Positions 40,001 through 48,757 of a DNA stretch of 64,000 nt are shown here, one piece after another. The position numbers and the translations under genes are program-made. Origin of the DNA: Nitrosopumilus sp. (lineage in GTDB: Archaea > Thermoproteota > Nitrososphaeria > Nitrososphaerales > Nitrosopumilaceae); the NCBI GenBank assembly GCA_965203315.1, contig OZ241857.1:1024001-1088000 (forward strand). Direction: 5' to 3'. How positions within the stretch are numbered: the stretch's first letter is position 1; each line of letters opens with the position of its first letter. The notes under the pieces were generated by a model. It was not told the origin of the DNA. It worked only from the letters and a program-made list of their open reading frames with translations, and did not search any database.

Positions 40001-41475
40001 ATCGTTAGTATAGTACCTGAATCTCGTGGTACGCCTGCGACTGCATAAAATGCAATCCTCTTTGTTATAATTACGATATCGTCACCATTCTTGCCATAGC
40101 ACATCTTTGTGGTACCTTTGAGAGACTGGTTGTTCAGATGTATCATATCGGTGGTACATGCAGGTATCTGGACAGCTGTGGTGATATCGTCACGAGGCGA
40201 GAAATAGTACGGTTGGTTGGTTGTGTCGTATATTGTGAATCTCATCTCTTTCTCTGTGAATATAGGATTTGGTGATTTGGCGTCCATGTCTACTTTACAA
40301 CTACCGGCAACAGGACCAAAGTCGAGTGCCAGTCCAACTATACCGTTTGGATTAGTTGGGTTTATGTTGCTTGGTATGGTAAACGATGGAACCTTGTCGG
40401 TCTTGGCCAGTTCCGTTATAGACCAGACATCTACATCACAGTCAGTATTTGCGTAAGAGTTGGTTACAGAGTTGAAAAATATTGGGTTGGACTCTGTACG
40501 TGTAGGAGTGGGTATGTACACATCACCTACTTGACCATTAGGTTCGTTCTCGAATGCCACAGGAGTGAATACATACTTGTTGTTGGCTTCATCTCTGACC
40601 ATGAACGTAGTCTGCCGATCACCATTAGTAGTGGTTATGGTCCGTAGATCATAATCAGTAGATATCTCAAGGTTGTCAGGCTTGGGTATCGTCAGTATAG
40701 ATTGAGCAGCAGGATCTGGAACAACAGGATCTATAGCTGCATTGAGGTCTATTGGGTTTGTAGGCGGGGTGACAGTGTTGGCTGCACCATAAAATCCGGT
40801 CAGTCGCTTTGTTATAATGACCATATCATCACCATGTTTGCCATAACATATCGTATTGTTGCCTTGTAGAGTATTGTTGCTTGTGTGAATTATTGTACTA
40901 GTACATATGGGTATGGGTTGTGCTTGTAATATTCCGTCACGTGGTGAGAAATAGTAAGGCTTTTTGTCTGCCTTGCCGTGTAGAGTAACTCGCATATCCT
41001 TGTCGGTTATCAGTGTTTGATTAGAGGGGGTTTCAGGACTTGGTGTGGAACAGGGGGATTGAAAGTCTAGACCGAATCCAAATAGTCTGTTCTTTTTATT
41101 AGGCTGGATATTGTCTGGTATGGCAAAGTTTGGAACATCACTTGTGCTGAGACCTTTAATAGCAACCAATGATGCATAACACCCATAAGTGCCGACACCC
41201 TCAAACAGAGGGCGTGTGAGTGTATGAGTCTCTGTCTCTACATAGATATCACCATTAGGATTTGGTTTGTCTGTGTATCTATTAGAAGAGCCACCATAGT
41301 ATATCTGGCCACTAATAGAGTCGTCCGAGTTAAATTGTAATACACCGTGAACTGTCGAGTTGGTCTTTGGCGGCACGGTCAATATATCTGCCCCAAACGC
41401 ATCATCTAGATCAACTAGTAAAAGTGGTACAACTGCTGCCAAAACCAGAACAGAGATTAGACGACGCTTACTCAA
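37012..41475 (-). CDS. Large secreted/surface protein with five tandem ~230-aa repeats
   Basis: Signal peptide and five copies of YFSPR(D/E)...PxCT...CYGx(H/N)GDDxVIITKR. A Pro-rich linker precedes a distinct C-terminal domain starting LAPTFG. Confidence 0.88.
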   Translation of the reverse strand: MSKRRLISVLVLAAVVPLLLVDLDDAFGADILTVPPKTNSTVHGVLQFNSDDSISGQIYYGGSSNRYTDKPNPNGDIYVETETHTLTRPLFEGVGTYGCYASLVAIKGLSTSDVPNFAIPDNIQPNKKNRLFGFGLDFQSPCSTPSPETPSNQTLITDKDMRVTLHGKADKKPYYFSPRDGILQAQPIPICTSTIIHTSNNTLQGNNTICYGKHGDDMVIITKRLTGFYGAANTVTPPTNPIDLNAAIDPVVPDPAAQSILTIPKPDNLEISTDYDLRTITTTNGDRQTTFMVRDEANNKYVFTPVAFENEPNGQVGDVYIPTPTRTESNPIFFNSVTNSYANTDCDVDVWSITELAKTDKVPSFTIPSNINPTNPNGIVGLALDFGPVAGSCKVDMDAKSPNPIFTEKEMRFTIYDTTNQPYYFSPRDDITTAVQIPACTTDMIHLNNQSLKGTTKMCYGKNGDDIVIITKRIAFYAVAGVPRDSGTILTIPPLTDEKDYAGLSVKSTTERDGVLFYDGDTVRMTDDGNKKRATADIYLEHDTSTLPRTLFAGTGEYECDMDFERVKNFDKNARPKFVVPDNITPTQKNELFAYGLGFDKKCKPNPGKVSNQTLITDTEMRYTIYNQTDKKPFYFSPRDSISAAQPIPACTTAILDTNNNKLKGHNTICYGKHGDDIVIITKRLVGFYGVANNITAPANPIDLNAAPPRTESASTYAMALTIPPLTDTKDDSAIGFDQDEFSDGKIYYGGNDRRFIDHLTKPTADIYLAQDTNIVHPLFKGIGVYRCNADLRHVATLNTDKVPKFAIPDNIVPKTPLRSVHAYGLDFASCTPADPEAVHSLPLITTKEIRYTIYGKAEKTPYYFSPRDRIPEAQPIPVCTTDILDTTTNTLKGNNTICYGIHGDDIVIITKRLTGFYGAADTVNPPKTPVDLNAPTVPRDTNILTLAPPSDFPDKPDPDGKSLSVTSDPTTAPGAYIPGSDRERYTGHVNTRIGDLHVQNDTKILPNEFPETSTCVAQFRTVNLLIADNNYGNLTLKVPTNLIADSGSFGPNFIKRAGCNIDLTKNSTKPLITDKEMRFTIYNKTDEHPYYFSPRENITKAQPIPACTDKIIDTTTNTLKDKNIMCYGKHGDDIVIITKRLTGFYGTAGTIIMPTHIINFNPGPPPPPSDSDDTYLTLAPTFGRSLYTGEQVVTCGYMMDDTCRDVTAYHVQYERNTIQTNTTHTFALKAYAPTLLRNVVLAFSVPNVGAPLSTAEAYISVNLGINYSEPSYHYITDVTIHDPNNIIDYDITGTIVSTASCSGGELQCTQVTIPDVLFREVMNHEPFAIQVTDTLSLNAINYMNEGVFVEGPSLNTPPTVQPGLTLSRDDGRPVNLILVRTDKVSDLWADAFGNTWSRNSFGHFVIVEYAPYAGTTPVCTDINDRICAPFKVKLDWHTQKMIELRDSLYDAYKTKAYAEIDNIFTYEFGDMDSRTRTLINLGWLTE

Positions 41476-41481
41476 TAATTA

Positions 41482-41507
41482 CCCCCCCCCCCCCCTATCT
41501 TATAAAA
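41482..41507 (-). promoter_or_regulatory. TATA box plus G14 homopolymer spacer
   Basis: Minus strand reads TTTTATAA-GATA-G14-TAATTA-TTG(start). C14 occupies 41482-41495 on the plus strand. Confidence 0.7.
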
Positions 41508-41636
41508 GTACTCACAAGTACGATAAGATCGATGCAACACAGACACAAAAATCAAACATGCTTGACATCAAAGCGTGATGTCAACCGAATCATACAGATA
41601 AAAGATCTCCAATTCTCGCAACGGAGAGATAATCAA

Positions 41637-41753
41637 GGATCTCTTCGATTTATGTGGGATAGAATTTTCACAGGAAAAACACTACAAAATTCTGTATGGA
41701 AAATTTAGTGAAAAAGTCTTGTAAAATGTAATCGTATGTAAACCAAAAGATCC
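41637..41753. mobile_element. MITE, family B
   Basis: GGATCTCTTCGATTTATGTGGGAT...TAAACCAAAAGATCC ends. Confidence 0.8.
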
Positions 41754-41797
41754 GTTAAAAGAACCTTTTATAATGCGACACATCACATAACAAGATC

Positions 41798-43288
41798 GTG
41801 GACGATGAACTACTAGCCGAGTTTGAACAACACATACTAGACAAAGTTCCACATGTTGTTGATGGCGCAGTAGTAAATGCGACTAGGTTGATAGATCTCT
41901 CCAACGATCTGATCCAGTGTGCAAAAGAGTGTTACAATATTGATCTAAATAATATAGAGGTTTATGGCAAGTTTGAGTCTGATCTACTTGCAGGATCGAT
42001 TAAAGTTCGACCTGCTGTACACATCATACATGATGCCATAAAGTCAGGTAAACTAGAACGAGGGCAGACTATAATCGAGGCCACGTCTGGAAACTTTGGT
42101 ATTGCACTAGGCAAACTGACTAGGCTCGGTATACCTGTAATATCGCTAGTATCACGTAAACTCCAAGAGGGAGTCTTTGATGAGCTCAAAGAAGGAGATA
42201 TCAAGGTTATTGATCTAGACATGGATATATGTCCAGCACCTGGCGCTAGTGGCAGTAGTGACGATATCCAAGCGAGAGCAGCTGCTGCAAATATTCGATC
42301 ACAGCTAGTTTCATTAGGATTCGATGGCAAGTCGTTTGATGATCATATCCAAGAGATACACAATCTCTTAAAATCTCAAGATATCATAAACTTGGCTCGA
42401 TACCTTGCAGAGATATACGGATGTTTCTGTCCAGAACAATATGACAACCAGTTGAACATCAATGTACATCAGACAGTCACAGGACCAGAGATAGATCAAC
42501 AGCTTGCAAATAAAGACAAGTCATTAGGAGACTATACAATATTTTGTACGTTTGGTACAGGAGGTACGTCAGGAGGTCTAAGTAATTACATGTATGAAAA
42601 GTATCAAAAGAGATCTGTACACGTAGTGTTTCCTATACCCGGTCAGGATGTTGCAGGTATTAGAACAAAGGCCAAAGCAACAGGACTGCACTTGTACACT
42701 CCAGAGATATATGCTCAAGAGTACGAGATCGACTTTACAAAGGCAAAATCACTCTTGAGATTCTTTGTAAAGAGAGGTCACGATATCGGTGAGAGTACTG
42801 CACTAGCATTGTACACAATATTAGAGAATGTAAAAGACCAAGGTGGTAAATTTGTGGTGATTGCAGCAGACGGGATTGCAAAGTACAAAAAGAGTCTAGA
42901 AGAGAAGGCTCCGATTCAGATAAGTCTAACAGACGCTACTGTTGCCAACTATGACAAGATAGTTTGGGTTCATACTCAATATACTCCTCGTGATGCAGGA
43001 ATCGATGTGATTGCAAGAGCATTAGGAGTTGACAGATCAAAGATTACGATTCCAAAGGCGAAGACAGTAGACAGACTACTCCAAACAAGACAAGTTCCAG
43101 ACGAACTTGTCGAAGATCTGAAAGGCAATACACTTTTGGTCTGTATGGCAGGAAATACATCCTTGATGACAGCAAATGTTCTTGCAAGTAAAGGAATCAC
43201 GACACAGAGTTTGAACGGTGGAATCACAAACCTACCAGAGAGTCAGCAAAAGAGTCCAGCAGACCTTGTACAGTTTGCAAGGGAGTAG
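41798..43288 (+). CDS. PLP-dependent cysteine synthase-like protein with C-terminal rhodanese-like domain
   Basis: GSIKVR (PLP Lys), EATSGNFG and GTGGT motifs. C-terminal LVCMAGNTS...LNGGI. Confidence 0.8.
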   Translation: MDDELLAEFEQHILDKVPHVVDGAVVNATRLIDLSNDLIQCAKECYNIDLNNIEVYGKFESDLLAGSIKVRPAVHIIHDAIKSGKLERGQTIIEATSGNFGIALGKLTRLGIPVISLVSRKLQEGVFDELKEGDIKVIDLDMDICPAPGASGSSDDIQARAAAANIRSQLVSLGFDGKSFDDHIQEIHNLLKSQDIINLARYLAEIYGCFCPEQYDNQLNINVHQTVTGPEIDQQLANKDKSLGDYTIFCTFGTGGTSGGLSNYMYEKYQKRSVHVVFPIPGQDVAGIRTKAKATGLHLYTPEIYAQEYEIDFTKAKSLLRFFVKRGHDIGESTALALYTILENVKDQGGKFVVIAADGIAKYKKSLEEKAPIQISLTDATVANYDKIVWVHTQYTPRDAGIDVIARALGVDRSKITIPKAKTVDRLLQTRQVPDELVEDLKGNTLLVCMAGNTSLMTANVLASKGITTQSLNGGITNLPESQQKSPADLVQFARE

Positions 43289-43293
43289 AACAC

Positions 43294-43662
43294 TTGCGCT
43301 GTCTATCGGTATGTCAGCCGTTTGCAGAGTTGATCATATCTGGTAGAAAGACGATCGAGTTGCGAAGATGGAATACAAAGTTTCGTGGTGAGTTTTTAGT
43401 TCATGCTGCAAAGAAGATCAGAGTCAGAGATTGTGTACGACTTGGAATGAACCAAGAGCTAGTTACAGGTGCACTGGTCGGGAGAGCAGAGATATACGAC
43501 GTAAAGATCTATGACACGACAGAACAGATAGACGACGACCGTACACTACATCACTCAGACAGTTCGGCTGGCAGATATGGATTCATGTTAAGAGATCCAA
43601 AGAGATTTGCATCTGCTATACCACATAGTGGCAGACTCGGATTCTTTGATGTAAAACCATAG
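43294..43662 (+). CDS. ASCH domain protein
   Basis: LSVCQPFAELIISGRKTIELRRW motif. Confidence 0.88.
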   Translation: MRCLSVCQPFAELIISGRKTIELRRWNTKFRGEFLVHAAKKIRVRDCVRLGMNQELVTGALVGRAEIYDVKIYDTTEQIDDDRTLHHSDSSAGRYGFMLRDPKRFASAIPHSGRLGFFDVKP

Positions 43663-43749
43663 ACAATATTGATGCGAGATGGCCACCAAAGATTAGTGTG
43701 TCATCAATTTGTGATCTAGTATATATAAAGGACTATTTAAACGAAAAGA

Positions 43750-44313
43750 ATGCCTCAAACTAAACCAATAGTTAGTGTAGAGAATGTTGTCGCATCTGCG
43801 TCAGTAGAACAAAAGATCGATCTAGACGAGATTACTAGAAAGTTTCCAGATACAGAGTATCATCCGGAACAGTTTCCAGGACTAGTCTTTAGGCTCCCTA
43901 CACCAAGAACTGCAACTCTGATATTTCGTACAGGAAAGATGGTGTGCACTGGTGCAAAATCTGAAGAGATGGCCATAAAGGCAGTAAATACTGTTGTTCA
44001 GCGACTACGTAGAGCAAAGATCAAGATAAAGAACGATGCAGTAATCACAGTTCAAAATATCGTAGCAGCTATCAACCTAGGAGGCAAGATCCATTTAGAA
44101 AAAGCAGCACGGACTCTGCCACGAAGTATGTATGAACCAGAGCAGTTTCCAGGCTTGATACATAGAATGTTGGATCCCAAGACGGTTATTCTGCTGTTTG
44201 CCTCCGGCAAGCTCGTCTGTACAGGAGCAAAGAAAGAGTCTGACGTGTATCGATCGGTTCACAACCTTCACGCACTACTTGAAGAGAAGAATCTGATGAT
44301 ATATGAGCAATGA
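43750..44313 (+). CDS. tbp: TATA-box binding protein
   Basis: Two repeats of NVVAS/NIVAA...YxPEQFPGL...FxxGKxVCTGAK. Confidence 0.98.
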   Translation: MPQTKPIVSVENVVASASVEQKIDLDEITRKFPDTEYHPEQFPGLVFRLPTPRTATLIFRTGKMVCTGAKSEEMAIKAVNTVVQRLRRAKIKIKNDAVITVQNIVAAINLGGKIHLEKAARTLPRSMYEPEQFPGLIHRMLDPKTVILLFASGKLVCTGAKKESDVYRSVHNLHALLEEKNLMIYEQ

Positions 44314-44521
44314 TCTAGAGAGCGAGAGACGTCGGTTGACACCAGAGACAGGATTTGCGTTAATATCAACAGACTATTTCGCAGAGACCGGAGCAGAGAT
44401 GTACATAGTAGATACATTCGATATGTATCAAGATGCACTATATGCCAAAAAGAACAAAAAGAATCCAGATGAATACTATATTGTGTATAAAGACAGCGAT
44501 GGCAAGTATCTATACCGTTGA
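44303..44521 (+). CDS. Hypothetical protein
   Basis: 72-aa ORF overlapping the tbp stop. Confidence 0.65.
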   Translation: MSNDLESERRRLTPETGFALISTDYFAETGAEMYIVDTFDMYQDALYAKKNKKNPDEYYIVYKDSDGKYLYR

Positions 44522-45190
44522 TTATCTATAGGTAAAGATCGAGTTACTAGTTCTAGAGCCATCGTTGGCAGTAATAGTATATTCGCCCAACTCGGACCAC
44601 TCTTGTCCTGCTGCGATCGCGAGTGTTGCAAACTCGCCTGTACGTTTTATTGTTACAGTCTCAGTCCACACCAACACTCCAGACGGATTCTCGATTGATA
44701 AATCTACAGTTCCGATCTCATCAGAGCGTCCGCTGATAGATATTATGTCACCAGAGTTGTACGATTGAAGATCTGTAGTAATGTATAGTGGTAGATCAGG
44801 TAACTGAGGTACAGGAGGAATTGCGGGGGTCGCAGATAATGACAGATATGCTGATACAGCTATTGCCACGACAGCGATGAAGATTATTGCGATAATAGGA
44901 TAAAGTTTGGTCTTTCTTTTACGACGAACTATTTGAGGAGTGGGTCGAACTAGCGCTTGAGAGGTTGTGTTAGTATTTGGCATCTTTTGTGATGCAGTTG
45001 GTATCTGTAGTCTGTGAATATGAGGTCTACGGTTTAAATGCTGTTCAGCTAGTCTCTTTACATAACCACGTTCAAAGTTGCTGATCACTTCATCGTTATC
45101 ACACGCTCGAAGGATCTGTCGCAGTATTCGATCGTCACCAAAGCCTTTGTCCATGAGTGACTTTACATCGTCACGTAGTGTTGATTCCAT
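44522..45190 (-). CDS. Single-pass membrane hypothetical protein
   Basis: Central TM helix and C-terminal Ig-like beta domain. Confidence 0.75.
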   Translation of the reverse strand: MESTLRDDVKSLMDKGFGDDRILRQILRACDNDEVISNFERGYVKRLAEQHLNRRPHIHRLQIPTASQKMPNTNTTSQALVRPTPQIVRRKRKTKLYPIIAIIFIAVVAIAVSAYLSLSATPAIPPVPQLPDLPLYITTDLQSYNSGDIISISGRSDEIGTVDLSIENPSGVLVWTETVTIKRTGEFATLAIAAGQEWSELGEYTITANDGSRTSNSIFTYR

Positions 45191-45249
45191 CTACACATCA
45201 CACCATATTCAAGTAATAGTGTTTTATTAAATTGATCATTCAATTTAGA

Positions 45250-46966
45250 GTAAGCGGTTAGGCTGACAACGATTCTTGCTGTGTGTTGAGCATTTAGGAT
45301 ATTGATGGATTATTTACATGACATACGAACTTACTATCTAGTACGTCTCTTCAGCAGCCTTTGCCGTGAGAATTCTCAACAATTCGTCTCTAATGCTCAG
45401 CCCACGTTTACGACATGTAAAGAAGAACGTAAACAAGATAGACCACGCATCCATGCCGCGCTGCGATGTAAAGTGCAGCGAAATGTTGCGATGTATTGCA
45501 ATTGGCCGCATGTACAGTTCTGTCTCGTTGTTCGTGGGATCCATTCCAGGATGGTTCACGAATGTAAAGAGATTGGGAGCAGCATTACGCAGCGTCGTCG
45601 CAAATTTCTTGTTGCCGAGCTTTTCGTGCTGATCTACAACATCTAATACCTGTGCTATTAAATCAGACACATCTCCCGGTGGTCGTCCCTTGGCTATGTG
45701 AAATATCTTTTGTAGTCTTTCGTGCAATATTGTAGTTTCATGGCAATATAGGGCAGTCTTCATTGCATGTTTTGAATCGATCAATATGTGTGACCAACAT
45801 CTCTGCGTGTCATCATCCGTCTCGTAACCGCAATATCCATCAACAGTCTTGCATTTGTTTTTAAACGGTTTGAAATATTCATCTAAAACCCTCGATCCTC
45901 GTGTATCTGTTACACGAACGAGAACTGCATCATCTGTGACACATGTCCACACATATCCACGTTTGCCTGGTACTTTATGTGGCGTTTCGTCAAATTTGAC
46001 ATTTTCAGAACTTTCAGCTGCTTTCCAGATGCCTGAAACATCGTCTTCTATTGCGTTAACGAGTGCAAATGTAGCGTTGTTTATGGTTGCTTTAGATGGA
46101 CGGTAATCAAAAAACTCTAATTGTTTTTGAATCATTCCTTGTGACATGTTGTTGAATAGTGAAATTCCATGATGGACTAGCATGTTTATGCTCATCTCTG
46201 TACCCTTGATCTTGGGAATCTTTTTACTAGTATCCCACTCGTATCCGCAACCATTACACGTATGTTTATATCCAACATGCGTATTTATCTCGGTTTTTGG
46301 CAGAGGTACATCACGAATCCTACACTGATATGATTTGTTGTACGTGATATCTATGCCATGGCAGCCTGGACACGCTGAATCTATGTACGGGACAGTACCT
46401 GCTGATTTGTCCGTCTGCGATACTCCTACGTGATTCTCTTTTTGGCCTACTTTATTGTAATCCTTTGGATCTATATACGCTGCTATTCTTTCTTGCATTG
46501 TAGGTATGCTGTTCTTGGATGATGGATTAAACGGACTCTCATAGTATGGCATCTTTTGTTGTAACTCTTGATTCTCTTTTGCGTGTGTACATGTCTCTGG
46601 TTCACATTGATCTGAATGACCACCTAGTTGTTGTTCAAGTTTACGTTCCAGTTCTGCAGTTCGCAGTTCTCCTCGTAATATGACGCCTCCCTGCCATTCA
46701 ATCATATCTAGTGCAATGCGAATTATCTCGTCTTTGTCATCGAGTTGTGTATGCAACATTGCGATCTCCTCTCGAAGTATCTTCATCTCTGATTGAGGCA
46801 TGACATTCATAGTTATGTACTAGTATTTACACAGATCAAAAAATAAAGTTGACACAATGGTAAGCCAAACTAAACACTAATTTTTTCTAATCATGCAGAT
46901 CGACATGAATTGCATACGTTATCTTGCTCAAAACACCACAAGATCGTTGTCAGCCTAACCGCTTAC
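45250..46966 (-). mobile_element. Single-ORF IS66-family element
   Basis: TIR GTAAGCGGTTAGGCTGACAACGAT and 8-bp TSD AATTTAGA (45242-45249, 46967-46974). Confidence 0.93.
45338..46810 (-). CDS. IS66 TnpC-like transposase
   Basis: FDET, VDGYCGY, QRCWSH and PTNNETELYMR motifs. Confidence 0.92.
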   Translation of the reverse strand: MNVMPQSEMKILREEIAMLHTQLDDKDEIIRIALDMIEWQGGVILRGELRTAELERKLEQQLGGHSDQCEPETCTHAKENQELQQKMPYYESPFNPSSKNSIPTMQERIAAYIDPKDYNKVGQKENHVGVSQTDKSAGTVPYIDSACPGCHGIDITYNKSYQCRIRDVPLPKTEINTHVGYKHTCNGCGYEWDTSKKIPKIKGTEMSINMLVHHGISLFNNMSQGMIQKQLEFFDYRPSKATINNATFALVNAIEDDVSGIWKAAESSENVKFDETPHKVPGKRGYVWTCVTDDAVLVRVTDTRGSRVLDEYFKPFKNKCKTVDGYCGYETDDDTQRCWSHILIDSKHAMKTALYCHETTILHERLQKIFHIAKGRPPGDVSDLIAQVLDVVDQHEKLGNKKFATTLRNAAPNLFTFVNHPGMDPTNNETELYMRPIAIHRNISLHFTSQRGMDAWSILFTFFFTCRKRGLSIRDELLRILTAKAAEETY

Positions 46967-47180
46967 AATTTAGATAATCAATACGGATGTAGAGTTAGGA
47001 CATACAAGTATTTAGACTCGCACCAATTCTTCACCGGTACTCATAAAGACATACAGTTGATAGTCTCTAGATCTAGAGATCAAAAACACCTAGTTGCTAG
47101 GTACAAGACAAGTGTCATTCATCAGTCCTACACATAGTCATAGACACAATCTTTTTTAATTACTGTGATACAAGAATACA

Positions 47181-47522
47181 ATGAAACGAATCGAAGCAAC
47201 CATCCAAAGTAGCAAGATAGGAGCAGTCTCTGATGCGATCAACGATATCGTTGGAGGTTTTACTATCCTAGAAGGAAATGGTAGAGGCTCAGGTCAGAGA
47301 CAGATGATCAGATCTGGTAGAGGAACCGGTTCCGTTGTTGCCGAGTATAACAAAGTCGCAACCATTACAACGATAGTTGATGACGCGGATGTAGAAAAGG
47401 TCTCTAATGTCATTGCAGAGGCTGCATTTACAGGCAAGGGTGGTGATGGAATAATCGCAGTTAGTGACGTTAATAGCGTGCTAAACATTGCGTCAAAAAA
47501 GAGTGGTTCAGAAGCCCTCTAA
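47181..47522 (+). CDS. glnB: P-II nitrogen regulatory protein
   Basis: MKRIEATI, GNGRG T-loop and TGKGGDGII B-loop. Confidence 0.9.
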   Translation: MKRIEATIQSSKIGAVSDAINDIVGGFTILEGNGRGSGQRQMIRSGRGTGSVVAEYNKVATITTIVDDADVEKVSNVIAEAAFTGKGGDGIIAVSDVNSVLNIASKKSGSEAL

Positions 47523-47568
47523 TCACTTTCTTTCTAATCGATATATTTCAGATACATGTGATCAGAGA

Positions 47569-47817
47569 CTACTGTCCTTCAATTCCCATCAAAGTTAGTG
47601 TAGAACGGATCTTTGGAATCTTGCGTATCTTCCATGTTATGGTCTCACGAAGTGCTTCAACTTGCGTCAATTCAACTTTGGCCAAAATATCGTATGCGCC
47701 AAACGTTCCATGTACTTCAACCACACCATCAATAGATCGTAGTTCTGAGATTACAGATTCTTCAGAACCTAATTCGCAGTTTATGAGAACATATGCTGTT
47801 GCCAAACTATGACTCAT
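47569..47817 (-). CDS. Lrp/AsnC ligand-binding-domain protein
   Basis: AYVLIN...G.YDILAKV motif. Confidence 0.88.
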   Translation of the reverse strand: MSHSLATAYVLINCELGSEESVISELRSIDGVVEVHGTFGAYDILAKVELTQVEALRETITWKIRKIPKIRSTLTLMGIEGQ

Positions 47818-47877
47818 CTCCCATGTATTATAATAGCACGTTCAATTATATAAACAAGTCATGCGGTTGTTCTGCAA

Positions 47878-47995
47878 GGATCTTTTCGATTTACGTGGAA
47901 TGATATTTCGTAAGACTTTTCCCATAATTTTCCCTTATAGACTTTCGCAGCGCTTTTTCTGTAACCATTCTATCCCACGTAAACCGAAAAGATTC
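47878..47995. mobile_element. MITE, family B
   Basis: GGATCTTTTCGATTTACGTGG...CCACGTAAACCGAAAAGATTC ends. Confidence 0.8.
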
Positions 47996-48399
47996 AGATC
48001 CAAGACATTTTATTCTAAAGGTATTATGTTTGGGTGCCACAGATGTCAGGCATGATCTTTTATGAAAAGTTTGTTTTTCGTGCCTAACCAACATGTCGAC
48101 CTAATGTCATACTTCTAGAGTATGGTACATTGAATTATTTATCAAGTCAGGGCACTACTAAAAGATGTAAGGGTTTGTTGAGACATACATCGGGATAAAT
48201 TGAAACTAGAATTCTGTATATTTTTTGAGGCGATGAATCAATATAAGACTTATGATTTTTCCATTCATTTTATAAAATTTTCATACAATCTGTCAGGAAA
48301 AATTATAATTTTTACAATATTTCTGTATAGTATACGAGATTTCCAAGAACATAAATCCAAACTAAAAAGGCTTTTAACTATGTTGTATCAACTATTGTT

Positions 48400-48567
48400 A
48401 TGAGTACAGACAAAAGTATCATAGATCCAAATGGTAAGAATTTTTCGTTTCAAAAAGAAAAACATCCGTATTACGACCCTCAAGTAATTTATACGGATCA
48501 TAATCGTGAATTTAATTTAAAGATTGATGGTTTAATCAATAAACTTGATCGGGTGTTTGATCCGTGA
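48400..48567 (+). CDS. 55-aa hypothetical protein
   Basis: Manual translation MSTDKSIIDPNGK...; GTGA overlap with the next gene. Confidence 0.45.
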   Translation: MSTDKSIIDPNGKNFSFQKEKHPYYDPQVIYTDHNREFNLKIDGLINKLDRVFDP

Positions 48568-48757
48568 GTTTATTTGATAAAGATCTAGAAAGTGTTGCGA
48601 ATTCTATAAAACATTTTAATGCATTAACATCTTTTGTTAAAACATCCATTGTTACTGATCTTACATATCTACTTAATGATAAAAAACTACTTGACAAGCT
48701 ATATCCAATTTTAAGCGGAATTCAAAATGACATCTCCAAATATGATGAGAGAACTAT

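Noticed and set aside
37012-41475. Diversity-generating retroelement explaining repeat variability
   Set aside because: No reverse transcriptase in the window, and the differences between repeats are not adenine-specific template/variable pairs.
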